IMG/VR virus record: IMGVR_UViG_3300031993_000066
Location: 4,107 to 68,106 of that record
Length of the DNA stretch: 64,000 nucleotides
Strand: one strand, 5' to 3'
Origin: a virus
Translations under genes and position numbers: made by a program
Notes under the pieces: model-generated
What the model was told of the DNA's origin: nothing
Database searches by the model: none
The model's input: the letters and a program-made list of their open reading frames with translations, nothing else
Part shown: positions 19,665 through 28,886 of the stretch, in pieces
How the letters are laid out: every line of letters starts with the position of its first letter
How positions within the stretch are numbered: the stretch's first letter is position 1

Positions 19665-21110
19665 TCATCTCCGCTGCCACGGGCTTATTCTGTCCGCGCC
19701 GTAATTCGTCGGTGGCAGGCTTGACGCCGTGCCTGCTGCCATCCAGTTGATCGCCTGCGTCATTGCGTCCACATCGTCATCGTGCGCTGCGTTCGGGAAT
19801 GCCGCGCACTCTTCCAAAAAATCGTGAATCCACGGTGCTATCCGTGGATGTGGCAGGTAGATGTTCCCTGCTTCCGCGTATGGGGCGACGGCCTGCGCCC
19901 TCACCACCTTGCCGCCTTGCGGGTCGATGGGTATCAGGCCGGAAATCTCTTTCCTCAGCAGCTCGATGACCGCCGTGCCGTTCGCCTTGTCTTCGACGAG
20001 CTTCGCTCTTGCGCGTGGGTGCTTCGCCGTCAGCGTTCGGATGCTCCGCATCGTGTCGCTGATTCCCATGTGATCGTGTACCCTGTCCACGAGGTAGTAG
20101 TTCGGGCCGGTGCGCTGCCATACGTGCCCTGCCACAAAGTCGTGGTTGTCGCCGTCCTTGAACGTACAGTCCCAGCTCTGTACCTGCATCCCCGCTTCCG
20201 GGAGCACTTCGTAGAACTGGAACCAGCTCCGTTTCAGGATTCCGCCCTCCGCCGGTGCCGGTCTCTGCTGGTAAAGCCCTGCGAATGAGTAGCTGCCAAC
20301 CTTGCCTTTCTGCTTCCGCATCCACTCTTCGTCGTACCCGTGCTCAGGCCACAGGGCTTCGCCCTCTGTCCGGCCGAGCAGGTCTTCCGCGTCTTCCGCG
20401 ATGGCCGGTAGCCGCAGTATCGTCCAGTCCTCCACGTCGCAGTATTCCGGGTTCAGCAGGCGCCCAACCAGATCGTCTTCGTGCCAGCGCGTCATTATCA
20501 CGATCACTGCCGCGCCGGGGTGTGTACGGGTTGAGAACGTCGCCGTGTACTCATCCCATATCCTGTCCCTCATGGTTTTGCTGTCTGCTTCCTGCCGATT
20601 CTTCACCGGGTCATCGATAATCAGCAGGTCAGCGCCCTCGCCGGTTGCTGCGCCGCCGAAGCCCACGGAGATCATTCCGCCCCTGCGCCTGTCCAGATCC
20701 CAGTTGGACGCGCTGTGGTTGATCTGGCTCAGGCCGATGTCCCACAGCCGCGCCCCGAATTCCTCTATCTTTTCGCGGTTCTTCCTTCCGAATTTCTGCG
20801 CGAAGGTGTCGTTGTAGCTGACCTCCATCACGCGCTTGTCCGGGAACCGTCCGAGGTAGTAGCTGGGAAAAGTCTCTGTCACCGCCATGCTCTTTCCGTG
20901 TCGGGGTGGCATGCAGATAATCAGACGCTTTTCCTCTCCGCGAATCACCGCGTCCAGCTTTTCACAAATGAGCCGGTGGTGCCTGCCGGGAATCCATGCT
21001 CCGTGGTGGACGTACTCGCAGTACCGCAGGTAGTGCCGCCGCGCCCATTCCCTCTCGAAGTCTGCGCGGGTCGCAATCGGGAGCTTTCCTGCCCTGCGTA
21101 CTTCGCTCAT
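19665..21110 (-). CDS. terL: Terminase large subunit
   Basis: MPPRHGKS Walker A, LLIIDDPVK Walker B, MTRWHEDD, SWD, FPNAAHDDDVDA. Confidence 0.96.
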   Translation of the reverse strand: MSEVRRAGKLPIATRADFEREWARRHYLRYCEYVHHGAWIPGRHHRLICEKLDAVIRGEEKRLIICMPPRHGKSMAVTETFPSYYLGRFPDKRVMEVSYNDTFAQKFGRKNREKIEEFGARLWDIGLSQINHSASNWDLDRRRGGMISVGFGGAATGEGADLLIIDDPVKNRQEADSKTMRDRIWDEYTATFSTRTHPGAAVIVIMTRWHEDDLVGRLLNPEYCDVEDWTILRLPAIAEDAEDLLGRTEGEALWPEHGYDEEWMRKQKGKVGSYSFAGLYQQRPAPAEGGILKRSWFQFYEVLPEAGMQVQSWDCTFKDGDNHDFVAGHVWQRTGPNYYLVDRVHDHMGISDTMRSIRTLTAKHPRARAKLVEDKANGTAVIELLRKEISGLIPIDPQGGKVVRAQAVAPYAEAGNIYLPHPRIAPWIHDFLEECAAFPNAAHDDDVDAMTQAINWMAAGTASSLPPTNYGADRISPWQRR

Positions 21111-21619
21111 GGGCCGACCCCGCTTTCATCGTCGAACATCGCGCACAGCTTCTCGTACTGCGCCAGCTCTTCGTCCGACATGGCGCTCATGCGCTCCCTC
21201 ACGCCGTCGCTGTCCATCACCGCTTCCTGCTGCCGCTGCTCTTCGCCGTAGATGCTCCGCCGCATGACTTCCTCCGCCTTTGCGTCCAGCATCGCCGCCT
21301 CCGATGTCTCGCCCGCCATCTCGATCAGGAACTTGTAGCACGCCATGTCGCCCTTCATGGCCTTTTGCATGATGGCGAGCGTTGCAATGTACCGCATGTC
21401 CGGGTTGACGTTCTTCCTCAGCCCCATCCGGCGCATGGTGTCCAGCATTTGCGGTGGTAAATCCGGCTTGAAGTCGAGCACCAGCTTCGCCGTCTCACGG
21501 GCCTCCCTTTTCGCCCGCCTTGCTGCTCCGCTGGCTATACCGCCCTTCCTGCCGTTCCTCTTGGCTTCCTCACGGTTTTGATCGGAGGTGAACGGTATCA
21601 GATTTTGCTCATTCGCCAT
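21107..21619 (-). CDS. terS: Terminase small subunit (probable)
   Basis: MANEQNLIPF...GRKGGIASG...KAMKGD; overlaps terL start. Confidence 0.75.
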   Translation of the reverse strand: MANEQNLIPFTSDQNREEAKRNGRKGGIASGAARRAKREARETAKLVLDFKPDLPPQMLDTMRRMGLRKNVNPDMRYIATLAIMQKAMKGDMACYKFLIEMAGETSEAAMLDAKAEEVMRRSIYGEEQRQQEAVMDSDGVRERMSAMSDEELAQYEKLCAMFDDESGVGP

Positions 21620-21651
21620 ACCTCCGTCACCTCATTTCCTGCCGTTTCTAA

Positions 21652-22293
21652 CTATGCTGTCGCAATTCGGGCGAGCATAGCGATTTCGGCTCCGAGATAC
21701 AGCCTTTTCAGGCGTTTCGTCTCGTGAATGAGGTGTGCCAGGTACTCTTTGTCCTCAGGGCTTTCGCAGACGATGGCGACGTTGAAGCTCTGTATCACGT
21801 CGGCTTCCGCCTGCTCTTCGTAGTCCTTGAATTCGTCCCTGTCCTGCTTGTCCGGGGTTGCGTCGGCCTCCGAGTAGTAGAGCTGCTCCGCTTCGTTGAA
21901 GCCGGTGAATTCGAGGTCGAATCCGCTGTTGGCGAGGTTCGTCATCTCCGTCATCAACTTGTCGTAGTTCCACCCTGCGATCTCCGCCGTCTTATTGTCT
22001 GCGATGCGGTAGGCGTTGATTTCGTCTTCCGTCAGGCCGTAGGCGTATGTGCAGGGGACTTCTTCCATCCCCAGCATCATGCAGGCTTTCAGCGTCGCGT
22101 GTCCGCACACGATCACGTCGTTTTCGTCGATGACGATGGGCTGCTTCATCCCCAGCCTGTCGATCATCCTCTTGAGCTTCAGCGCCGTCGCTTCGTTTTG
22201 CCGTGGGTTGTTGTGGTAGGGGATAAGGTCTGTGACCTTTTTCATCACCACTTCCAACCGGCTGTTTTTGTCCTTCCCTAACTTGCCCGCCAT
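21652..22293 (-). CDS. ParB/Srx N-terminal domain protein
   Basis: LIPYHNNPRQN, PIVID, VIVCGH, AYRIADNKTAE, WNYDKL. Confidence 0.85.
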   Translation of the reverse strand: MAGKLGKDKNSRLEVVMKKVTDLIPYHNNPRQNEATALKLKRMIDRLGMKQPIVIDENDVIVCGHATLKACMMLGMEEVPCTYAYGLTEDEINAYRIADNKTAEIAGWNYDKLMTEMTNLANSGFDLEFTGFNEAEQLYYSEADATPDKQDRDEFKDYEEQAEADVIQSFNVAIVCESPEDKEYLAHLIHETKRLKRLYLGAEIAMLARIATA

Positions 22294-22463
22294 TTGCTTC
22301 TTACCTCCGTTATCGTATTGTACTTATACAGTATTCTCTATACTTTTCTTTTTCTCGTAGGCGAGATAGTATATATAATATACTGTATTAGGTCGCCGCT
22401 CATTTGCCCTTAACTTGCACGCTTGACTAAATCCGCCTTTCTTAAACTAACACGCGAGCGAGT

Positions 22464-22521
22464 TGTGTTAAACAACGTTGGCTGCGTTAGAACTGCGTTG
22501 GATTGCGTTGGATTGCGTTGG
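22464..22521. repeat. Tandem ~10-bp repeats (TGCGTTGGAT-like)
   Basis: tgcgttagaac tgcgttggat tgcgttggat tgcgttgg plus degenerate copies upstream. Confidence 0.8.
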
Positions 22522-22523
22522 TC

Positions 22524-23816
22524 TCAGCACCCTCCGCACCTTTCGCATGGGCTGATGTAGGTCTTCGTTCCGTCGAACGTGTAGATGATGTCTCCGTTGC
22601 TGTCCTTCCCGCTGGGCTTCATCACTCCGCCGAAAAGCGTGTACGGCGACTGTCCGGCGTATGGGTTATTCCAGAGGTATCGCAGGTAGTCCCGCATCGT
22701 CATGTACTCGAACTTCGCTCTGTGCTCCACGCTGATCGTGTTGAAGCCCTCCGCCTTTCCGTATGGGAAATCGAGGTGCCGCATGTCCGCGTCGATCTCT
22801 GCGAATGTGACCTTGCCGTTCCTCTTGCACAACTGCAGCGCGTAGCTGAAATTGCCCCTGCTGTAATTGTACCGGGGGTCTTCCGGCAATCCGCAGCAGC
22901 ACGAGCCGGTACATGCTTCCTTGTAGTGCGCGTCGCTGACGTAATACCTCATTCCGAGCTTTTTGCACAGCTCGTCCATCTCCCGGATGTACTTCTCCTT
23001 GACCTTGCGGTTCAACCGCAGGTAGCCGCATCCGCTGCTGTACTTTTTGTAAAAGTCGAAGATGTCAAAGCCTGCGCACTCGCTGATGATCTCGTAGTTC
23101 TTCCGGGCGACTACGCTCCGCGCTTCGAGGCAGAAGAATTCCGTCGTGACCGCCGTCGCGCCTGCGTCATGCGCCGCCACGATCAGGTCTTTGTAATCCT
23201 TGCTGCTGACGCCTATGATGAACGGCCTCAGCCTCAGCGTCGCCTCGCCCTTGTTGAGCTGCGAGTAAATCTTCATGGCCTCCAACCGGGCTTTCGGGCT
23301 TGGTACGCCCTGCTCGATCTTCGCCGCCATCCGTTCGTCCAGCGTGATGATGCTGAACTTCATGTTCCAGTTGTCCGCGCCCTCGAACAGGCTCGTGTAC
23401 CTCTGATCGTGGAACACCCACGCGCTCTTCGTCGAAAAGCAAATCGGGTAGTTCAACTGCCGGAGGAACCGCAGGATTTCCAGCGTCACGCCGTACTTCC
23501 GCTCGAATCCGTCGAACTGATCGCTCAGCCCGCCCCACTGTATGGGCCTCCGCTGCGCTATCCATCCGTTGAATTGGCTGTCTGTTTCCAGCGCGAACAG
23601 CTTCCGAATCTTTTCCGGGTTCACGCTCCGCACGACCTTGTTGAGGTATTCCTGCCTCTTCTTCTCTCCGCCGATGCCGCGCTGGTATTGCGAGAAGCAG
23701 TACACGCATCCGAACGAGCAGTTGCTGTAGGTGTCGAAGGTCATCGGCAGGCTGCAGTCGGCAATCTCATTCGACCACCGCGGGCTTCCGTAGTCCATCT
23801 TGATGTCCCGCGTCAT
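22524..23816 (-). CDS. Radical SAM enzyme (SPL-like clade)
   Basis: DTYSNCSFGCVYCF CxxxCxxC motif; FSTK, LRLRPFIIG; extra CCC and C-terminal CxxCxxC. Confidence 0.88.
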   Translation of the reverse strand: MTRDIKMDYGSPRWSNEIADCSLPMTFDTYSNCSFGCVYCFSQYQRGIGGEKKRQEYLNKVVRSVNPEKIRKLFALETDSQFNGWIAQRRPIQWGGLSDQFDGFERKYGVTLEILRFLRQLNYPICFSTKSAWVFHDQRYTSLFEGADNWNMKFSIITLDERMAAKIEQGVPSPKARLEAMKIYSQLNKGEATLRLRPFIIGVSSKDYKDLIVAAHDAGATAVTTEFFCLEARSVVARKNYEIISECAGFDIFDFYKKYSSGCGYLRLNRKVKEKYIREMDELCKKLGMRYYVSDAHYKEACTGSCCCGLPEDPRYNYSRGNFSYALQLCKRNGKVTFAEIDADMRHLDFPYGKAEGFNTISVEHRAKFEYMTMRDYLRYLWNNPYAGQSPYTLFGGVMKPSGKDSNGDIIYTFDGTKTYISPCERCGGC

Positions 23817-24601
23817 CCTCCGTCACCTGCCCTTTGCTGCGCTGCGTTCCTGAACTCCGCGCACGGCACCTTTTCGTCCTTGACCTTGACCCGGACCTCC
23901 CACGGCTTTCCCTTTTGCGGCGCGAAGATTTCCGGGTATCTGGCGCACAGCTTCTTCACCGACCTCAGGTTTTCGTCCTGATGCCACTTCTCCCTGTACC
24001 CGTTCTTGTCCTTGTTATGGTCTGCCGTCACCGCCAGGTTGTTGAACCGCACCACCCGGCCTCCGTTCTTCAGTATCCGGCCGCAAATCTCCGCATCTTC
24101 CTTCGTCTCGAAGTTTTCATCGAACCGTATCGGGAATCCCGCCGCGAATCCGAACACCGTGTTGACCGCCACCCTTGTGCTGATGTCGTTCGACATGAAG
24201 AACGCATTGGCTACCGGGTAAATCCCGAACACGTGCGCTTTCAGCCTCCGCGTCTGCTCGAAGCATCGGTTGAACGCCAGCGCCATGTCTATCCGCCTCT
24301 CGATGGGCTTCAGCTTTCCTGCGTTCATCGTGAAAAGCGTCTTCACGTCATCGTCCAGCATCAGGATGTTTTGCCCTTTGAGCCGTTTGAGGATGTTGTT
24401 CCTCGCCGCCACTCCACGCGTCGCCGGCATCTTCACGATGTTCGCCCTGCCCGCGTGGATTTGGTATTCGGCGTAGTCTTCGTCCGTCTGCACGAAAATC
24501 CAGATCAGCTCTTTGGGTACGCCCATCCCCGACAGGTAATCGAGCGTTGTCTGCCTGTTCACCCTCTTGTAGCTCGGTATCGCGTAAACATACTTTTCCA
24601 T
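23813..24601 (-). CDS. GT-A glycosyltransferase, TET-associated/GREB1-like type
   Basis: YAIPSYKR, ARNNIL, MLDDDV (DxD), KEDAEI. Confidence 0.8.
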   Translation of the reverse strand: MEKYVYAIPSYKRVNRQTTLDYLSGMGVPKELIWIFVQTDEDYAEYQIHAGRANIVKMPATRGVAARNNILKRLKGQNILMLDDDVKTLFTMNAGKLKPIERRIDMALAFNRCFEQTRRLKAHVFGIYPVANAFFMSNDISTRVAVNTVFGFAAGFPIRFDENFETKEDAEICGRILKNGGRVVRFNNLAVTADHNKDKNGYREKWHQDENLRSVKKLCARYPEIFAPQKGKPWEVRVKVKDEKVPCAEFRNAAQQRAGDGG

Positions 24602-24603
24602 GC

Positions 24604-25044
24604 TCACGCCTCCGATGCTCTCTTCCGCGCCGGTCTCACCTGCGCCTCGAAAATTCGGTCTCTCAGGCTTGCGCTGCTCAGGCCGTGATCTCGCCTGTTG
24701 TACACAATCGGGATCCCGCGCCTCTCGCAAATGTTCTTCCCCGTGAAGGGTTTGTCCCGGTATTCCTCCCCGACAAACCTCACGTCGTAGTCCAGCATCT
24801 CCAGCGCCAGCGCGAGGTCTTCTTCGCCCTCCAGCGGTATCACCTCATCCACGCCGTCGCAGTGCGCCACCCGGAACCACCGCTCGAACACGCTTTCGAT
24901 GGGCTTGTTTTTGAGCGGTCTGTCCGTCGGGTCGCAGATAAGCCCCACGATCAGGTAGTCGCACTGTTCGGCGCATTCCTGAATCATGGCGATGTGTCCG
25001 GGGTGGAAAAGGTCTCCCACCACCGACGTGAATCCTATGACCAT
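24604..25044 (-). CDS. Cytidylyltransferase (TagD-like HxGH family)
   Basis: DLFHPGH, CDYLIVGL, ER, VDEVIP, R.HGLSS. Confidence 0.88.
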   Translation of the reverse strand: MVIGFTSVVGDLFHPGHIAMIQECAEQCDYLIVGLICDPTDRPLKNKPIESVFERWFRVAHCDGVDEVIPLEGEEDLALALEMLDYDVRFVGEEYRDKPFTGKNICERRGIPIVYNRRDHGLSSASLRDRIFEAQVRPARKRASEA

Positions 25045-26102
25045 CTCTCTCCATACTCCTTTATCAGTTCGTCGATGACCCTGTCCACTGTCTTCCGCTG
25101 TTTCTCTGTCCTGTACTTGTACAGCCTTATCCAGTGCGTGATTTCCAGCAGCTGCACCAGCCTGCCGTCTTCGACCTTCCTGTCGAATGCCTCCCTCAGC
25201 CCTCTCAGGTCTGCTTTCCCGAATCCGAACAGCCGTTCGTAGCCTGTCATCGAGAATCGAATCTTCGCCAAATCCAGCAGGTAGCTCGAATAATCACCCT
25301 TGTTATTCGGGTCGATCACCTTGATGCCGCCGCCGGTGCTGCGGATGACGTTCGACAAGCTCAAATCTCCGTGGGAGAAGCTGACCTTCGCCTGCAGCTC
25401 TGCTTCGCTGCCCTGCATCTCACGGATGACCCACTCCGTTTCTTCGCTCTTGCTGTGCGTCAGCAGGTTGTCGCAGTATGCTCCGATGTCCTTCCGCCAG
25501 TCCGGGATCGCCGCGAACCGCTCCGTCAGCCGCAGCAGTTCGTCGATGTCCTTCTCCCCGGCTTCGTCTGCCAGCGCCGTTCCCGGTATGTACTCCATGT
25601 ACAGCGTGTCCAGCGTCCGCGAGTAAATCCGGGGGAGGTATTCGCCCAGCCCGTGCTCCGCTGCCTGCAAGTACCATTCGTGCTCCGCCGCTGCTTTCTC
25701 CGTTGTCTTGATGACCGTCTTGTCTTCCAGCCACACCTTTGAGCCGCTTCCGCCCCTCAGTGCCAGCGGCTCGAAATCCGCTTCGAGGAACGTCTCCACG
25801 CTCATGGCCTTATCGTCGATGTACCAGTCCGCGAGCGGCTTCCCGAATATCAGCTCATCGTACATCACGCCGTGCCTTTTCAGCCACTCCCTCAGCACGG
25901 GTTCGTTGCGCTCCCTTATCAGCCGCAAATCTCCCTTGCAGCTATTCTGCCCTCTCGCTGTGTACAGCTTGATGCAGTAGCCCATTTCCTTGAGCCTGTT
26001 GATCTTGTCGATCACCGGCTGAATCGGCTTCGCGTTCGGGTAGTCCCGGTTGTGGTGTACGCTGATCGTATCGTCGATATCAAACACCAGCGTCCGCGCC
26101 AT
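25035..26102 (-). CDS. HAD phosphatase fused to APH/choline-kinase-like phosphotransferase
   Basis: LVFDIDDTI, YTAR, GKP.ADWYIDDKA; then GGSGS, VIK, HGDLSLSN, IDP, DLAK. Confidence 0.85.
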   Translation of the reverse strand: MARTLVFDIDDTISVHHNRDYPNAKPIQPVIDKINRLKEMGYCIKLYTARGQNSCKGDLRLIRERNEPVLREWLKRHGVMYDELIFGKPLADWYIDDKAMSVETFLEADFEPLALRGGSGSKVWLEDKTVIKTTEKAAAEHEWYLQAAEHGLGEYLPRIYSRTLDTLYMEYIPGTALADEAGEKDIDELLRLTERFAAIPDWRKDIGAYCDNLLTHSKSEETEWVIREMQGSEAELQAKVSFSHGDLSLSNVIRSTGGGIKVIDPNNKGDYSSYLLDLAKIRFSMTGYERLFGFGKADLRGLREAFDRKVEDGRLVQLLEITHWIRLYKYRTEKQRKTVDRVIDELIKEYGERWS

Positions 26103-26757
26103 CCGAATCACCTTCCAGCATCTTCCGTATCTGCGCGACGGTGTACCTGCGCTTCAGCTCCCCGGTCTCTCCGATGGTCTCCGCGACTACCTTCTCTTCG
26201 TCTTCGTCCTTACACGCGATGATTACCACGTATTCCTCATCCGTGTCTTCGCTGTCTTCCGGCTCTTCTTCGTCCGGGACGTACTCTCCGCTCTCCGTTT
26301 CCGGCGTGTCGTAATCCTCCGTCCCGGCCTCGAATCCCGCTTCGCTCATGTCGATGCCGCCGATCTCGAATGCGTCGAAGCCGGTTTTGCTCAGGTCGAA
26401 TCCGTTGTTCCTCAGCGTCTCGAATTCCTTCGCCAGCGCCTCCGTGTCCCATTGGCTGTCTTCCTGCGTTCGGTTGTCTTCCAGCCGGTACGCATTGGCC
26501 TCCGCCTTGCTCAGGTCATCTGCCAGCACACACGGCACTTCCTTGTGGCCCAAAATCCGCGCCGCCTTGATGCGCGTGTGTCCTGCGATCAGCACTTTGT
26601 CTTTGTCGATTATCAGTGGCCTGCGCCATCCGTAGTTCTTCAGGCTCTCCACCACCGCCTCGACCGGCTCCCCGTCGTTGTCCCTCGGATTGTTCTCGTA
26701 CTCCCTTATTTCGTCAATCGGGAGATACACGATCTGCGTGACCATTCGCTTCTTCAT
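26080..26757 (-). CDS. ParB/Srx N-terminal domain protein with acidic tail
   Basis: YENNPRDN, PLIID, IAGHTRIKAA, AYRLEDNRT. Confidence 0.87.
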   Translation of the reverse strand: MKKRMVTQIVYLPIDEIREYENNPRDNDGEPVEAVVESLKNYGWRRPLIIDKDKVLIAGHTRIKAARILGHKEVPCVLADDLSKAEANAYRLEDNRTQEDSQWDTEALAKEFETLRNNGFDLSKTGFDAFEIGGIDMSEAGFEAGTEDYDTPETESGEYVPDEEEPEDSEDTDEEYVVIIACKDEDEEKVVAETIGETGELKRRYTVAQIRKMLEGDSDGADAGV

Positions 26758-26849
26758 GTGCTCCGCCCTCCTAAAAATAATGCGCCGCCCGCGATGCGCG
26801 GGTGGCGCTTCCGGGGTGCCGTTCATGGCATCCCTTCCCAGTGATTATA

Positions 26850-26878
26850 ATTTTACACGACGCGATTTCGTCTGTCAA
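26850..26878 (-). promoter_or_regulatory. Sigma-A promoter of modification/packaging operon with operator in spacer
   Basis: TTGACA-17bp-TAAAAT on minus strand; GACGCGATTTCGTC at 26859-26872. Confidence 0.65.
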
Positions 26879-26966
26879 GTTGCAAAGGGTGTGAAAAAAG
26901 TGTGCAAATCGCGGCGATTTTGACGCACGGGTCGTTTTTCGCGTTTCACATGGAACATTCTGCGTC

Positions 26967-27470
26967 CTACTTTGCCATCTTTATGATCTTGTCTACCGCC
27001 GCTTTCTTCATCCTGCGTATTCCGTCCCTGCTCACCTGTATGCCGTACCTGTCCGCGTATGCCCTCGCCGCTTCGTTGTACGTGCTCCCCTCGAAATACA
27101 CCTGCTCGATCAGCCAGTGTTCTTTCGTGGACAGTCCTTCCAGCCACGTCTCCACGAAAAACACCACCATGTCCAGCTCTCGCAGCTCCCTCCGCATCTC
27201 TTCCAGCCGCTTCTTTGCGTCCTTCAGGTCTTCCGGCTCGTAGCCTGTCGCCAGCATCAGCGCCATTCGCTCCGTCGGATTGCCTACCGTTGTGCCGTGC
27301 GGCATTCCGTCAAGGTTCGCCCCTCCGCTGCCGACCAAATCCTCCGCCAGACGGCTCTCCCATAGAGCGACGTCCACTTCCGCCTCTTCTATGGCCTTTT
27401 TCAGGAATCCGCTCCGCCCGACGTTGTTTTTGTAGTCGCGCAACATCTGCTCCGCCCGCTCCGGCAACAT
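26967..27470 (-). CDS. ArpU/RinA-like late transcriptional regulator
   Basis: LDGMPHGTTVGNPTE, C-terminal sigma-region-4-like HTH; last gene before late promoter. Confidence 0.7.
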   Translation of the reverse strand: MLPERAEQMLRDYKNNVGRSGFLKKAIEEAEVDVALWESRLAEDLVGSGGANLDGMPHGTTVGNPTERMALMLATGYEPEDLKDAKKRLEEMRRELRELDMVVFFVETWLEGLSTKEHWLIEQVYFEGSTYNEAARAYADRYGIQVSRDGIRRMKKAAVDKIIKMAK

Positions 27471-27491
27471 CGCTCTCGCCTCCCCGCTTAC

Positions 27492-27926
27492 TTAGAATGG
27501 CAGTTCATCATCCTGGACTTCCGTGAAATCTCCGTTGTCTGCCGGAGGTGCCGCCGGTGGCGCTGCCTGTTCCGGGGCCGGAGCTGCTGCCGGGGCGCTG
27601 CTTCCGTCGCCCTGCGCCGAAGACAGGAACTCGATCTTATCCGTGACAAACTCCGTTGTCCAGATCGTCTGCCCGTCCTTTTCGTACTTGCCGGTTCGGA
27701 CGTGCGCTTCCACGGCGCACTTCCGCCCCTTCGTCAGGTACTTGTTGATAAGCTCCGCCGTTTTGTCGTATGCGATGCAGGTAATGAAATCCGCGTCCCG
27801 CTGCCCGCTCTGGTTCGTGTACGGCCTGTTCACCGCGATGGTGAACATCGTCCGGGATTTCCCGTTCGTCATCACCTTCGTTTCCGGGTCGCGGGTCAGG
27901 TTCCCTATGAAGATTGCCTTGTTCAT
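27492..27926 (-). CDS. ssb: Single-stranded DNA-binding protein
   Basis: MNKAIFIGNLTRDPE, ADFITC, C-terminal DDELPF. Confidence 0.95.
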   Translation of the reverse strand: MNKAIFIGNLTRDPETKVMTNGKSRTMFTIAVNRPYTNQSGQRDADFITCIAYDKTAELINKYLTKGRKCAVEAHVRTGKYEKDGQTIWTTEFVTDKIEFLSSAQGDGSSAPAAAPAPEQAAPPAAPPADNGDFTEVQDDELPF

Positions 27927-28045
27927 GCTGTCACACCTTTCTGCGTCTCAGGCGACATCAGCGCCGCCTCTGTCTTCGCCCTTACACTTTCCCATCCGCC
28001 GGGGCGCATCGGCTCAGAGGGCCGTTTAACGGAGTTTAACTCCAA

Positions 28046-28684
28046 TCAGAACTGCTTTCCGTGTTTGTAGGGCCTCGTATGGTTGTATTCGTGCTTCTCT
28101 CGGAGAATCTTTTCCGGGTTTTCACCCTGCGCCTGCACCCACCACATCACGAGGCCGGCACAGGCCTCCAGTGGAGACAGCCCGATGTGCTTATCTCTCC
28201 CTGCCGTCATCCAGTCGCCAGCCTTAGCGGTCAACGAGTGCGCTATGGCGACGATTGTCACGAGCGACGTCTGCTTGTTCAGCAGCGGGTTCGCCTGCTT
28301 CGTGGCGCGGGTGATCTGCTCGATGGTAGTCCGCGAGAACGTCATCCCGTACTTCCCGTACAGGTCGAAGATGCGAATCACGCCGTCCATCAGCTCCACG
28401 GCGATCCCTTCCGGCTTCTTACCTCTGTGCTCGCATTCTTCGCACCTCTCGTAGTTGAGACAGTCCGCGATGCTCTTCGGCTCGCACGGCGCGGTTTCGT
28501 CGTATGGAGTGCCCTCCAAACAGCTCCTGTACACCATCGGCCTGCCTGCGCGGGCCTCTTCCACCGCTTCGCTCCATTCGCTGTGAATCAGCACGATGCT
28601 CTCGCTGATGCCCCTGTCCGTCTCCCACCATCCGTGCCTCACCGCGTTGTCGTGTACTTCCGTGATAAACTCGTTCAAGTTCAT
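28046..28684 (-). CDS. MazG-like NTP pyrophosphohydrolase
   Basis: HGWW, LIHSEWSEAVE, ELMDGVIRIFD, KHEYNHTRPYKHGK. Confidence 0.7.
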   Translation of the reverse strand: MNLNEFITEVHDNAVRHGWWETDRGISESIVLIHSEWSEAVEEARAGRPMVYRSCLEGTPYDETAPCEPKSIADCLNYERCEECEHRGKKPEGIAVELMDGVIRIFDLYGKYGMTFSRTTIEQITRATKQANPLLNKQTSLVTIVAIAHSLTAKAGDWMTAGRDKHIGLSPLEACAGLVMWWVQAQGENPEKILREKHEYNHTRPYKHGKQF

Positions 28685-28886
28685 TCTGCCATTCCTCCTA
28701 TGCTTACGATCATTCCGAGCAGGTACTTCGTGATGTCTGCCGCCTGCTCTTCCGAGAATCCTGCCTCCGCCATCGCGCTGAAAATCCTGTACAGCAGCGC
28801 CGCCAACCCTACCGGGTCTTTCAGTGCCTTTGCGAGGTATGCCGCGCTCTTTTCGTTGATGGTCTCTTTCTCTGTCTTCCCGCCGC

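Noticed and set aside
23813-26102. Captured host capsule/teichoic-acid operon
   Set aside because: No flippase, polymerase or membrane proteins; flanked by ParB-N genes and terminase. A virion-protein or surface acceptor is not fully excluded
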